DNA of 61,476 nucleotides from a virus (Duplodnaviria; Caudoviricetes): IMG/VR virus record IMGVR_UViG_3300035670_000213, positions 1 to 61,476 of that record; one strand, 5' to 3'. Shown piece by piece: positions 18,450 to 26,635 of this stretch (position 1 is its first letter; each line of letters starts with the position of its first letter). The notes under the pieces were generated by a model. It saw only the letters and a program-made list of their open reading frames with translations, ran no database searches and was not told where the DNA came from. The position numbers and the translations under genes were made by a program.

Positions 18450-18605
18450 TTATTCCTCAACAACCAATTTTACATAGTCATTTTTTCCTATTATAGATTT
18501 GTTTTCAACAACCCATTGTTTAGCTTCTTCTTCGGTCTTGAATGCTGCAATTGGTTGCGACATACCATCATAATCGTAGTCTTCGAAACAAACGTAAATT
18601 TCCAT
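18450..18605 (-). CDS. Microprotein (51 aa), tandem paralog copy 1
   Basis: MEIYVCFEDYDYDGMSQPIAAFKTEEEAKQWV...; AAGGA SD upstream. Confidence 0.7.
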   Translation of the reverse strand: MEIYVCFEDYDYDGMSQPIAAFKTEEEAKQWVVENKSIIGKNDYVKLVVEE

Positions 18606-18630
18606 CACTCATTCCTTCATAATTTAATCT

Positions 18631-18707
18631 TGGTTGCGGATTTTTACAGTCTCTGGGTTTATTATTCACTCCCCTTACTGTGGGTGACTAATGCCACAAG
18701 CCGCATC
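18631..18707 (-). ncRNA. tRNA-sized, CCA-terminated atypical RNA
   Basis: Starts 1 nt after the tRNA-Asn CCA; UGCGG/CCGCA stem followed by ACCA; lacks canonical D and T loops. Confidence 0.45.
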
Positions 18708-18708
18708 T

Positions 18709-18786
18709 TGGCTCCCTTGGAGGGATTCGAACCCACAACCTTTCGGGTAACAGCCGAACGCTCTACCAGGATTGAGCTACAAGGGA
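18709..18786 (-). tRNA. tRNA-Asn(GUU)
   Basis: TCCCTTGTAGCTCAATCCTGGTAGAGCGTTCGGCT-GTT-ACCCGAA...GGTTCGAATCC..CAAGGGAGCCA. Confidence 0.93.
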
Positions 18787-18836
18787 AAAAATTTAATAAA
18801 AACTTATTTTATATCTTCGAACAAATTAGATTATGC

Positions 18837-19487
18837 TTAAACTTTTCTACCTCTATACCATCCTTCTGGGATAGGATCATTATTTTTAATCTTTTTATTT
18901 TCAGAACCATTTGTAATCCAATGCGTTCCAAATTGAGAATTCAAATTACCAGAATGTTTACCTTTTTGAGAGGATGACATTTTTTGTTTCGTTTCTTCTT
19001 TATGAGTTTTACCAAAAAAAGTTCCTTTAGGATATTTTTCTTGTAATATTGCTGCTGCTTTAATTGCATTGTCTTTCATTTTATTCCTGAAAGCAATATC
19101 TGTATTATACTTATGGCTCAACCTATCGGATCTTTCTTTATTTGTCCATAATTGCTTTAGTCTTTTCTCGGTCATGAATAAATCCGGATTAGAATTTATA
19201 TATCCAAATCCACCTGTTCCACCAATGCATATATTATATGTGTTTTTGTTTTCACAAAAATCTTCAGTGACAATCTCTTTCTCTTTTTTGTCCATTAAAT
19301 CTTCATTATCGAATATAAAGAGTATATCTTTTTTGAAATTATCTTTTCCATATTTAGAAATGGCGTTCTTAATAAGTTTTCCTGAACCCATATAATCATC
19401 ATTCAAATTTTCTGTTTGGTGTTTTCCTATATAAAATTTTCCATTAATGAGGTTTGTTATTTTATAAATCGTAAAAAACATATTCAA
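18837..19487 (-). CDS. Free-standing GIY-YIG homing endonuclease (Seg-like) with NUMOD3 motif
   Basis: IYKITNLINGKFYIGKH, YMGSG, YN...GG.GG, FFGKTHKEETKQKMS, NSQFGTHWITNG; inside the tRNA cluster, as T4 segB is. Confidence 0.92.
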   Translation of the reverse strand: MNMFFTIYKITNLINGKFYIGKHQTENLNDDYMGSGKLIKNAISKYGKDNFKKDILFIFDNEDLMDKKEKEIVTEDFCENKNTYNICIGGTGGFGYINSNPDLFMTEKRLKQLWTNKERSDRLSHKYNTDIAFRNKMKDNAIKAAAILQEKYPKGTFFGKTHKEETKQKMSSSQKGKHSGNLNSQFGTHWITNGSENKKIKNNDPIPEGWYRGRKV

Positions 19488-19545
19488 GCTCCAATATTTA
19501 CTAATCTATTGCATATTAGTATTTAGTAAATAATGAAACTCTATG

Positions 19546-19621
19546 TCTAGAGAGTGGGATTTGAACCCACGTACTTCTGTTTCCAAAACAGACGAGATAA
19601 GCCAGACTCCTCTACCTCCCG
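19546..19621 (-). tRNA. tRNA-Pro(UGG), imperfect acceptor stem, no encoded CCA
   Basis: CGGGAGG...TCTGT-TT-TGG-AA-ACAGA...GTGGG-TTCAAAT-CCCAC-TCTCTAG-A; acceptor stem has one G.A mismatch and two G.U pairs. Confidence 0.75.
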
Positions 19622-19634
19622 ACGATAATAGTAT

Positions 19635-19853
19635 TTATGTATCTAAATTAAACACTTCATATTCAATTCCAGGAAAATTTTTTTTGACATAATCCTCACC
19701 TGTTCCTTCTGAACATTCGAAGGATATATATTGACCCACATTGGAGTCCGATAAAAGAGTTCGTTTTGCTTTTGGTAGGCTGGCGATATATAGACAAATA
19801 GTATCTGTAGAATTGTTTCCTATATAAATGCAAATACTATCAATCGTTAACAT
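19635..19853 (-). CDS. Hypothetical protein (paralog of 19847-20065)
   Basis: Shares TDTI.L...LP, GQ.ISFE and G..YV.K.FPGIEY with its neighbour. Confidence 0.65.
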   Translation of the reverse strand: MLTIDSICIYIGNNSTDTICLYIASLPKAKRTLLSDSNVGQYISFECSEGTGEDYVKKNFPGIEYEVFNLDT

Positions 19854-20065
19854 AAACCAGTAACCTTCCTAAGATCCAGATGCTTGTACTCGATTCCGGG
19901 AAAATGCTTCTCGACGTATTCAACACCACCGCCAGCAACAACCTCGAAACTTATCATCTGTCCTTCAGATTCGAACGGCCAAACACCTTGCGGTAAATTT
20001 GTTCTCAAAAATATAGTATCGGTTTGTCCGGCTTCCGAAATAATAGAAATACATTCAATGGTCAT
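19847..20065 (-). CDS. Hypothetical protein (paralog of 19635-19853)
   Basis: Likely start MTIECISI at 20065, aligning with the paralog. Confidence 0.65.
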   Translation of the reverse strand: MTIECISIISEAGQTDTIFLRTNLPQGVWPFESEGQMISFEVVAGGGVEYVEKHFPGIEYKHLDLRKVTGLC

Positions 20066-20066
20066 A

Positions 20067-20261
20067 TTAATAGATCTCCATGATCTCACCAAATCTAGCA
20101 TAAACAAAATCATCTAGATTCGGATTAGAAAGAGTAAAGATTGGTGATCCGGTTGAATCGACTCGGATATTCTTCACTACAGCAGCAGCTTCGATTGCGG
20201 TCGAGTAAACCTCTTGACCGATGGAAATTTCTTTGGTTGGTTTTCTGTACCAGTTGCTCAT
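20067..20261 (-). CDS. Hypothetical early protein
   Basis: TTGACA-17-TAGGAT-6nt-ATG directly upstream. Confidence 0.65.
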   Translation of the reverse strand: MSNWYRKPTKEISIGQEVYSTAIEAAAVVKNIRVDSTGSPIFTLSNPNLDDFVYARFGEIMEIY

Positions 20262-20273
20262 GATTATATCCTA

Positions 20274-20549
20274 TCACAATTCAATGTCGTTGTCAAGTCC
20301 AAACAACATAGACTCCCGATCCTGTTGCATGAAATTTATAATATCCAGGATCGTTAGAGGGCGATCAGTTCTATCGTAGATTTCGAGAAAACGGACATCA
20401 TGGATACTATGAGAATTTCGAATATTGAACGAGTTATTGTTGAAATCGGCCCACCCAATCAGAGTATTCGAAGATTTATGATAGAAATCAATCCAAGTTC
20501 CAACAACTACCATATCTATTCCAGAAATAAACTCAATTCGATTGCTCAT
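20274..20549 (-). CDS. Hypothetical early protein
   Basis: Start placed at 20549 from TTGACA-17-TATACT-6nt-ATG. Confidence 0.6.
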   Translation of the reverse strand: MSNRIEFISGIDMVVVGTWIDFYHKSSNTLIGWADFNNNSFNIRNSHSIHDVRFLEIYDRTDRPLTILDIINFMQQDRESMLFGLDNDIEL

Positions 20550-20743
20550 GAATATAGTATAGCGCATCCAATCTCTGTTGTCAAGTTCACCGAATGGGTT
20601 TTCCTAAAATATATCTGGTATATCCAAGTTCGGCTTGGTCATAACATGTTTTACAACAAACCCACCCACCGAATGCGCTTAGATATTTGTCAGGCGAATT
20701 CTGAGAATATTCCCCGCCGCACCAAATACAATACAATTCAAAA

Positions 20744-21244
20744 TCAGGCGATTGTTTCATGAGTAAGGTTCTCTACCAAATCATATAAATTTACAGGAAA
20801 ATAAGAAGTGTTCTCTACACAAACACAATGATATTTGTCCTTCGGTGTCCATTTGTCATGAACATGACCATATAGATATAAATCGAAATATTTAGGCACA
20901 CGATCAGGATAATGACACAGGAATATCTTCTTATCTAAGATATCCAGATACAAATCATTATGGACAGTTAGGAAGATAGATTCGTCGATGAACTTATCAT
21001 GATTACCACGAATTAAATGTATGTGTCCGTTTAACTGCGATCTATATAACCGTGATACTTCTTTACCGGGACGACCGAAACAAAAATCACCGAGGAAGTA
21101 TACTGTGTCATCGGGTGAGACGACAGAATTCCAATTAGATATAATCGTATGGTCCATTTCTTCGACAGATGCGAACGGACGGTTACAATACTTGATTATG
21201 TTTGCGTGACCTAGATGTAGGTCAGAAATTACCCATATAGCCAT
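20744..21244 (-). CDS. Calcineurin-like metallophosphoesterase
   Basis: SDLHLGH, LGDF, GNHD, HYP and GHVH motifs. Confidence 0.9.
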   Translation of the reverse strand: MAIWVISDLHLGHANIIKYCNRPFASVEEMDHTIISNWNSVVSPDDTVYFLGDFCFGRPGKEVSRLYRSQLNGHIHLIRGNHDKFIDESIFLTVHNDLYLDILDKKIFLCHYPDRVPKYFDLYLYGHVHDKWTPKDKYHCVCVENTSYFPVNLYDLVENLTHETIA

Positions 21245-21405
21245 TAGGATTGTGTCATCCCATCGTCAAAATAGTCATATCCAAATACAATCAACTCTTC
21301 TACATGATTCATTAGGAAATGCGCCATATCTTCGTAGGCGTAACCATCGATTTGCATTTCTTTATATCGCTCAACAAACTCTTCAAATTCTTTTCTTGAC
21401 ATCAT
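21244..21405 (-). CDS. Small acidic hypothetical protein (53 aa)
   Basis: Manual ORF MMSRKEFEEFVERYKEM... fills the gap, with a TAATG overlap to the next gene. Confidence 0.55.
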   Translation of the reverse strand: MMSRKEFEEFVERYKEMQIDGYAYEDMAHFLMNHVEELIVFGYDYFDDGMTQS

Positions 21406-21406
21406 A

Positions 21407-22102
21407 TTAATGCTCCATGAACCAATCTACCAGAAATTTAACACAGAAGCGATTAACGCTTTCCATATCGACAGATTTGGGTAGTTTTGTATTTAGATAC
21501 GCCTCATCAACTTCTTTCTTCAGGACCTGAAGATGATTATGAAAATCATCTACAGAATACTTTCCGGATCGATATTCGGCACAAACTTCGGCACTCAAAT
21601 CCAGGACGACTTCATTGTAGGTGAATAGGTGCTTTGCTAGTTGTAGTAATCGAACAGTATGGGCGGCACCCTTCACGTCATACCCATGAGTTTCGATTAA
21701 AACCTTTCGCTTCTCTCCGAGTTTTCCGGTTACGTTCTTCGAAGCCTTTTGTTCCTGCGAAAGAGCATAACCAACCAGAGGAGCATATGCCGCCTTACTC
21801 AAGAAGGTATTCCGGAATTCTACTAATCGATGCCCATATTCGTTTGTTTCGGGTGCATAGGATTTCAGGAATAGTAGAGGAACTACATTCGGATTGAATG
21901 AAGAACACATCTGCATGAATTTCTTGAATTCATATGAGATATTATCTTCATTATCGTCGAAGGTTTGAGATGATTTCGGCGTCTTTAATCCGAAGTAATT
22001 ATCCAGATCGGCGACCGAGACAGACATCCAATCTTCGTCGGAATTTTGCGTTGCATAACCGTATGCGTGCGATCCGACTAATCCTTTGAGTATAGTTTTC
22101 AT
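21407..22102 (-). CDS. Pol-beta superfamily nucleotidyltransferase (RlaP/YcgL-like)
   Basis: VGSHAYG.AT..SDED, NPN and GYDVK.A.H.VRL motifs. Confidence 0.85.
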   Translation of the reverse strand: MKTILKGLVGSHAYGYATQNSDEDWMSVSVADLDNYFGLKTPKSSQTFDDNEDNISYEFKKFMQMCSSFNPNVVPLLFLKSYAPETNEYGHRLVEFRNTFLSKAAYAPLVGYALSQEQKASKNVTGKLGEKRKVLIETHGYDVKGAAHTVRLLQLAKHLFTYNEVVLDLSAEVCAEYRSGKYSVDDFHNHLQVLKKEVDEAYLNTKLPKSVDMESVNRFCVKFLVDWFMEH

Positions 22103-22116
22103 GTTATTTTTGTGAA

Positions 22117-22521
22117 TTACGAAACCAGACTATTATGAATCAATACAGCACTGAAATATTTTCCGATTTTGTTGGAACTATCTCCGTTATTGTAAATAGA
22201 ATAATCATCCATGAGATGAGGATTGATGGAATTCGTTCCATTCAAAGGACCACCAATATATCTAAATTTACGATCCACAATCCGCTGACTATGACTACAG
22301 ACATATTCGCCGTTTTTCGTGTAATAGTGTGTAAATTTTTTCGTGATCCTTTCCCATTCTGTGTCCTGAATAGATTCGATTTCCTCTTCTCTCAAAAGAT
22401 CACATAGACTACAATCATTTGTGTCTAGTTTGGAAGACACAAAATCATAGAGTTTATTCCACGAACTAAATGAAATTCTCGTCGCCTTAGTAACTTTAGG
22501 CAGTGTGGTTTTGTTTTCCAT
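22117..22521 (-). CDS. Hypothetical early protein
   Basis: TTGACA-17-TATAAT-6nt-ATG directly upstream. Confidence 0.65.
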   Translation of the reverse strand: MENKTTLPKVTKATRISFSSWNKLYDFVSSKLDTNDCSLCDLLREEEIESIQDTEWERITKKFTHYYTKNGEYVCSHSQRIVDRKFRYIGGPLNGTNSINPHLMDDYSIYNNGDSSNKIGKYFSAVLIHNSLVS

Positions 22522-22556
22522 GATTTAATTATATCCTCTTTTGGGTCAGTTGTCAA

Positions 22557-22889
22557 CTACCAACGGGTAGACCAAGCCGGATTCTTGATTTCCGGTACGA
22601 AAGAATCGAGGCGCTTCCAACCAACAGAAGCACATTCATAGGCAATACCATTTAAAACAACGACATCACCGACACTAATTGACCGTTCGACATAATCCTT
22701 GGGGTAATCCATATTGAATTTTCGAAATATGGTTTCTAATACAGAATTGATAGAAAACCCATCAAAATATCCAACATACGCCAACTTCATGTGCGCCCCA
22801 GGGACGTACCCTTCATCTGAAGGGACATAATCTCGGGTGGAATCAAACGTCTTGTTGATGAAAAACTGATAAGCAAATGTCGTCTTCAT
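22557..22889 (-). CDS. YodL-like domain protein
   Basis: LETIFRKFN...P.DY..RSISVGDVVVL....Y.C.SVGW; start at 22889 from promoter spacing. Confidence 0.75.
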   Translation of the reverse strand: MKTTFAYQFFINKTFDSTRDYVPSDEGYVPGAHMKLAYVGYFDGFSINSVLETIFRKFNMDYPKDYVERSISVGDVVVLNGIAYECASVGWKRLDSFVPEIKNPAWSTRW

Positions 22890-22925
22890 ATTCAAATGAT
22901 ACCAAATGGGGATTTGGATGTCAAC

Positions 22926-22954
22926 AAAAAAATCCCCCCAAGATCGGGGGGATT
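22926..22954 (-). terminator. Rho-independent terminator after gp32
   Basis: AATCCCCCC/GGGGGGATT stem followed by a U-run on the minus strand. Confidence 0.75.
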
Positions 22955-22974
22955 CTCTTCACAACGTATTACCT

Positions 22975-23439
22975 TTAGTCTTCGGCAAGTTTACGGAAAT
23001 ACTCAAGCGACTCATCTTCTTCTTCGGTATCTTCCGAAGAATTCCAAGGCACTTCAGTAGTCTTTGTCTCCACCTTCGGTGCTGGCTTTGCTTCTTTCGC
23101 AGGTCCAGCCGATACTGGAGGAGTAGAACCAGACTTGATTCCAAGGACACGATCAAGACGAGCAGCAAGTTCTTCGTAAGTCTTGAAATTCTTAGGATCA
23201 TGGAATTCTGATAGATTATACAACGAATTCCAAACTTCCTCAAGCTTCTTGTCATCACCGTCTAGTAGTGGACATTGATTCTCAAATGAAGAATTATCGT
23301 AGTTAGGATAGCCTTCGACTCGCTTAATCTTCAAGCGGAAGTTTGCACCCTGCCAGAAATCAAATGGATCAATTGCAGTATCACCCTCGAATACAGGCTT
23401 CATTGCTTCTTGAATCTTTTCGAAGATTTTCTTACCATA
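22975..23439 (-). CDS. gp32: ssDNA-binding protein gp32, exon 2
   Basis: YGKKIFEKI.EAMKP...IDPFDFWQGANFRLKI...YPNYD.S.F and the acidic tail with LEYFRKLAED. Confidence 0.92.
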   Translation of the reverse strand, partial: YGKKIFEKIQEAMKPVFEGDTAIDPFDFWQGANFRLKIKRVEGYPNYDNSSFENQCPLLDGDDKKLEEVWNSLYNLSEFHDPKNFKTYEELAARLDRVLGIKSGSTPPVSAGPAKEAKPAPKVETKTTEVPWNSSEDTEEEDESLEYFRKLAED

Positions 23440-24586
23440 CATTATGTTCACCTAAATTCGTTATTTTTAGGCTGTAGTTTTGTTAAACCACTACTTTACG
23501 TCTCCGTAAAGAACAGACTATATCATCATTTCAGATTTGTTGATATTTAAAATCGAGTCTGAAAGTTGGGCATTTCCATTCACTTGAATGTACTCCCCTT
23601 CGGGATAGTCGTTGAACCTTTCGCTTCGCTTAGCGACTTGGCTGCTGATTGTCTCTATCAATAAATTTTTAGACCGTTCTCTATCCTTTGAATTTCCATC
23701 AGCCCAAACCACACAAATGACATTGAATCCTTGTTTTATGGATTCACGAAACTTCAATTTATTAGTTTCAAGGTGATTCATTAAAGTGAATAACGATTTA
23801 ACTTCAATTAAAGTGTTCATGTGTGGTATGTATATATCGGGATGATATGTATGTAATTTATCATCAATTCCGATATATTCTACTTTTGGTATATTACCAT
23901 TATCAACAACAATATCAATAGGATTGAGTATATCAATCAACACATCTAATACTCTATCTTCATACCCTTGGATTTGGTATTCCATCCCATTAAGAATATA
24001 TGATTTATTTCTATAGGTATTTCTTTTCAATCCAATTTCGGTATAAATTCTCTTCTTTTCTTCTGCATCCATTTTTGCATATCGTTCGAGCATCTTTTGT
24101 CTCATATGTTCTCCATATGAAGTACCAACATTTCTCGAAACAGTTTCCATCCGTTTTTTGTTAATAACTTGTATATCATTATTAGCAAATCTAGAAGCTA
24201 TCATTTTATTTACGATTTCATCTTTTTCTTCTTGGGTTTTACCCAAAAACGGACCTTTATGTATACCAGATTTCGAACTACAATTTATCGAACAATACTT
24301 CCTATATGCGAATTTCACAAAAGGTATATCACAACCACAAATCGCACAAAACCCCTCATCAGGTAGTTTGTAATGTTCGTCATAATATTGTTTCTTATCA
24401 ATATTATGTTTTTTTAGTAATCTCACAATAGTAATTTTATTATGATACTTACCATCTAGTTCAGAAAAGAATTTTTTATTGTTGTTGTTCATGATAGCGA
24501 TTGAATAGATTGTGGTTTTATTGCTTAACGAGAGTTTCCAGCAATTAACCCAATTTTATTTCCGCTATTATTTATAAGAAAAATTA
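23440..24586 (-). mobile_element. Group I intron (IA2-like) in gp32 carrying an endonuclease ORF
   Basis: 5' splice site CGU^UAA with P1 UUCCGUUA/UAGCGGAA; P AAUUGCUGGAAA, Q AAUCAGCAG, R GGUUCAACGACUA, S GAUAUAGUC; P3 UUGGGU/GCCCAA; ends GAACAUAAUG. Removal restores KVFLFR-YGKKIF in frame. Confidence 0.92.
23518..24492 (-). CDS. Intron-encoded homing endonuclease (Zn-finger plus PD-(D/E)XK)
   Basis: CAICG...YCS..C and YHPDIYIP....IEVKS motifs; lies inside the intron. Confidence 0.8.
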   Translation of the reverse strand: MNNNNKKFFSELDGKYHNKITIVRLLKKHNIDKKQYYDEHYKLPDEGFCAICGCDIPFVKFAYRKYCSINCSSKSGIHKGPFLGKTQEEKDEIVNKMIASRFANNDIQVINKKRMETVSRNVGTSYGEHMRQKMLERYAKMDAEEKKRIYTEIGLKRNTYRNKSYILNGMEYQIQGYEDRVLDVLIDILNPIDIVVDNGNIPKVEYIGIDDKLHTYHPDIYIPHMNTLIEVKSLFTLMNHLETNKLKFRESIKQGFNVICVVWADGNSKDRERSKNLLIETISSQVAKRSERFNDYPEGEYIQVNGNAQLSDSILNINKSEMMI

Positions 24587-25018
24587 ACGGAACAGGAAAA
24601 CCTTTCCTTCATTCTGCGGATTCTTAGGATCAGAAATCACATAAATGTTAGAAATATACTGCTGCTTACGCTTACGCTTACGAACAATTTCTTTATTCGC
24701 CTCAATACCAGTTGCCCACAATTCCGAGTTCATTTCACTAATCTTATCCTGCTTGCCGATTGTTGTTAGTGAATTTTCGATATACCATCCACCCGGACCC
24801 TGAAATGAGTGCGAAAACAGTGTGATCCATGGTAGCTTATCGTCCTTACCTGCTGGTAGAAAACGAAACAATGCGGTGCCATTTCCGGTCTTTTCGTCGA
24901 TTGGTTGGGACCAAAAACGATCATCCTGGTACTTATTACCACTCGACATCTTATCTAGTTCTGCTACTAGGTTTGTTAGATTTGCCTTTGACTTCTTCTT
25001 TAGATCTGCGAAATTCAT
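24587..25018 (-). CDS. gp32: ssDNA-binding protein gp32, exon 1
   Basis: MNFADLKK, DDRFW, GNG.A.FRFLP, HSFQGPGGWYIENSLTT, RKRK..YISNIYV.SDP.NPQNEGKVFLF. Confidence 0.93.
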
Positions 25019-25315
25019 TTAATTATCCTTCTTTCTTTTTAACTGTGCTTCTAGTTTTGCTATTTGTGCTTTGTAATCGCTAATTTGCTTTTCGTATTCT
25101 GCTACTGTATTCTTATGTGAATAATACATTCGTGCAGTCAACCCTTCGACAACATCGATTTGTTCTTTTAATTCTTCGAACAATCCGATAATTGCTGATT
25201 CATCTTCCATATAATCCTCGTCGAAGATATTGAAATCATCGGAACAGTATCCGCATCCTTCGCAATCTTCCGACTCCGGATCATCATCATCTAATCTAAT
25301 TAATTCATCATCCAT
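25019..25315 (-). CDS. Hypothetical acidic protein with CxxCxxC and a coiled coil
   Basis: GAGGAG SD; abuts the gp32 start. Confidence 0.65.
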   Translation of the reverse strand: MDDELIRLDDDDPESEDCEGCGYCSDDFNIFDEDYMEDESAIIGLFEELKEQIDVVEGLTARMYYSHKNTVAEYEKQISDYKAQIAKLEAQLKRKKDN

Positions 25316-25374
25316 ACTAACTCCTCATAACTATGGTATAACATCATCATAACAATGTCAATCTTATTTAGTAA

Positions 25375-25995
25375 TTAATTTAAGGCTTCTTTCATCAATC
25401 TTAGTATCTTCTTTCTATCCGGTAATTTACTAACAATAAAAGGATGATATCTGTTCATGAGAGAGAATGACTCAATCCAAATCGGATCTGCATTGAATTT
25501 TTGATTTATTTTGTGTGTGAATCCGATAACCGAATCCAGACACATGAACGTTTCAATCGCTATCTCTTTTCTTATTAAGAATCTAAAAATAATAGGGTGT
25601 CCGTCTGTGATCTTGAATATCTCGGATAGATCTATATCCGATCTAAGACAATATTCTCTGATATAGGATAAATCTTTCTTGAATGAATAATCAAACGCCT
25701 CGTAGTATCCTAACCATTTGAGGTATCGATCTTCATTGTCTTTCGTCAACAAATCCTTAACCCAGAAATCTCGATTATGTATTTGTTCTACTAGTAGTTT
25801 ACCAAGAAATTTATCTCTACCGAACTTAACGGCTAACTTATCGAAATAATATCTATCTTTTCGCTTCTCGAAAGATCCGACCGATGCCTTTGTCTTTCCT
25901 CCATATTTGAAAAAATCATAGGTATTGCCTTCTGCGAAGTGAAACTTGAAAGCCAGATAAGTTACATATGCATCATATCCGGTAAAGTCACTCAT
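25375..25995 (-). CDS. gp59: Helicase loader gp59
   Basis: GYDAYVTYLA.K.HF...YDFFKYGGK...SFEKRKDRYYF.KL; HP.I; IET. Confidence 0.92.
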   Translation of the reverse strand: MSDFTGYDAYVTYLAFKFHFAEGNTYDFFKYGGKTKASVGSFEKRKDRYYFDKLAVKFGRDKFLGKLLVEQIHNRDFWVKDLLTKDNEDRYLKWLGYYEAFDYSFKKDLSYIREYCLRSDIDLSEIFKITDGHPIIFRFLIRKEIAIETFMCLDSVIGFTHKINQKFNADPIWIESFSLMNRYHPFIVSKLPDRKKILRLMKEALN

Positions 25996-26264
25996 AGTGG
26001 CAACGATCTTCCGTTATATTCTTTCTTGAGTAATCTGAGTTCTCTAGCAGAAGCTTCAATCTTCGATCTTAGAGAAGAAGGTATAATCTTGGATATCGCC
26101 ATAGGATCGTAATTATTCTTCTCACAGAAATGAGTCGTGGCTTCGAGATAATTCATGTTGAACTTATCGACTAACTCCGTCACTGATTGAAGAATGTCTT
26201 CGGGTTTAAGTATAATGTCTTCTATAGATGGTAAATCGTTTTGTATCATTTGTGTAAGTATCAT
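25992..26264 (-). CDS. gp33: Late transcription coactivator gp33
   Basis: NYLEA..HFCE.N.....I.K.I..SL..KIE..A..L..L and C-terminal LPL; adjacent to gp59. Confidence 0.88.
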   Translation of the reverse strand: MILTQMIQNDLPSIEDIILKPEDILQSVTELVDKFNMNYLEATTHFCEKNNYDPMAISKIIPSSLRSKIEASARELRLLKKEYNGRSLPL

Positions 26265-26330
26265 ACTTCAATGATAACATCTAGTTAATAAGTTGTCAAG
26301 AAAAAAGTTAGAAATAATTTACGAATTCAC

Positions 26331-26430
26331 TTGACAAGGGCTTCTAGAATAGTTATAATAAGTATGTAGCGGTTTTAAGTAATAGTATTATATAGATTAA
26401 CCGAGATACGAAGTCTAGTGCGAAGCACTA
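26331..26430 (+). promoter_or_regulatory. Consensus sigma70-type promoter with no downstream ORF, plus AT-rich tract and GAA mini-hairpins
   Basis: TTGACA 26331-36, 17 bp, TATAAT 26354-59; TAGTGC-GAA-GCACTA at 26416-30. Confidence 0.55.
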
Positions 26431-26634
26431 AGGGGTAAGGATATACTGAGTCCTTGAAGACATTCCTTGAGTATAATCCTCAAGTAATTCTCGGAATATA
26501 ACCCTGGCTTGTACTTGACCTAGATTCTCTTTAGCAGTAATCATGATTCTTCGATCAAGTTCAACCATTGCTTCTTCGACATTCGTTGGTATAATTCGTT
26601 CATAAGAACGAGTTGGAATCTTTATAATATCCAT
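26428..26634 (-). CDS. Hypothetical protein downstream of uvsW
   Basis: 68-aa ORF abutting the uvsW stop, with an upstream GGAG. Confidence 0.55.
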   Translation of the reverse strand: MDIIKIPTRSYERIIPTNVEEAMVELDRRIMITAKENLGQVQARVIFRELLEDYTQGMSSRTQYILTP

Positions 26635-26635
26635 T

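Noticed and set aside
18631-18708. HDV-like (theta) ribozyme downstream of tRNA-Asn
   Set aside because: The 5' segment pairs with the extreme 3' end instead of giving the nested P1/P2/P3 order; kept only as a tRNA-like RNA.
17989-18977. Plus-strand ORFs 17989-18249 and 18516-18977
   Set aside because: They are antisense readings of tRNA/ncRNA sequence.
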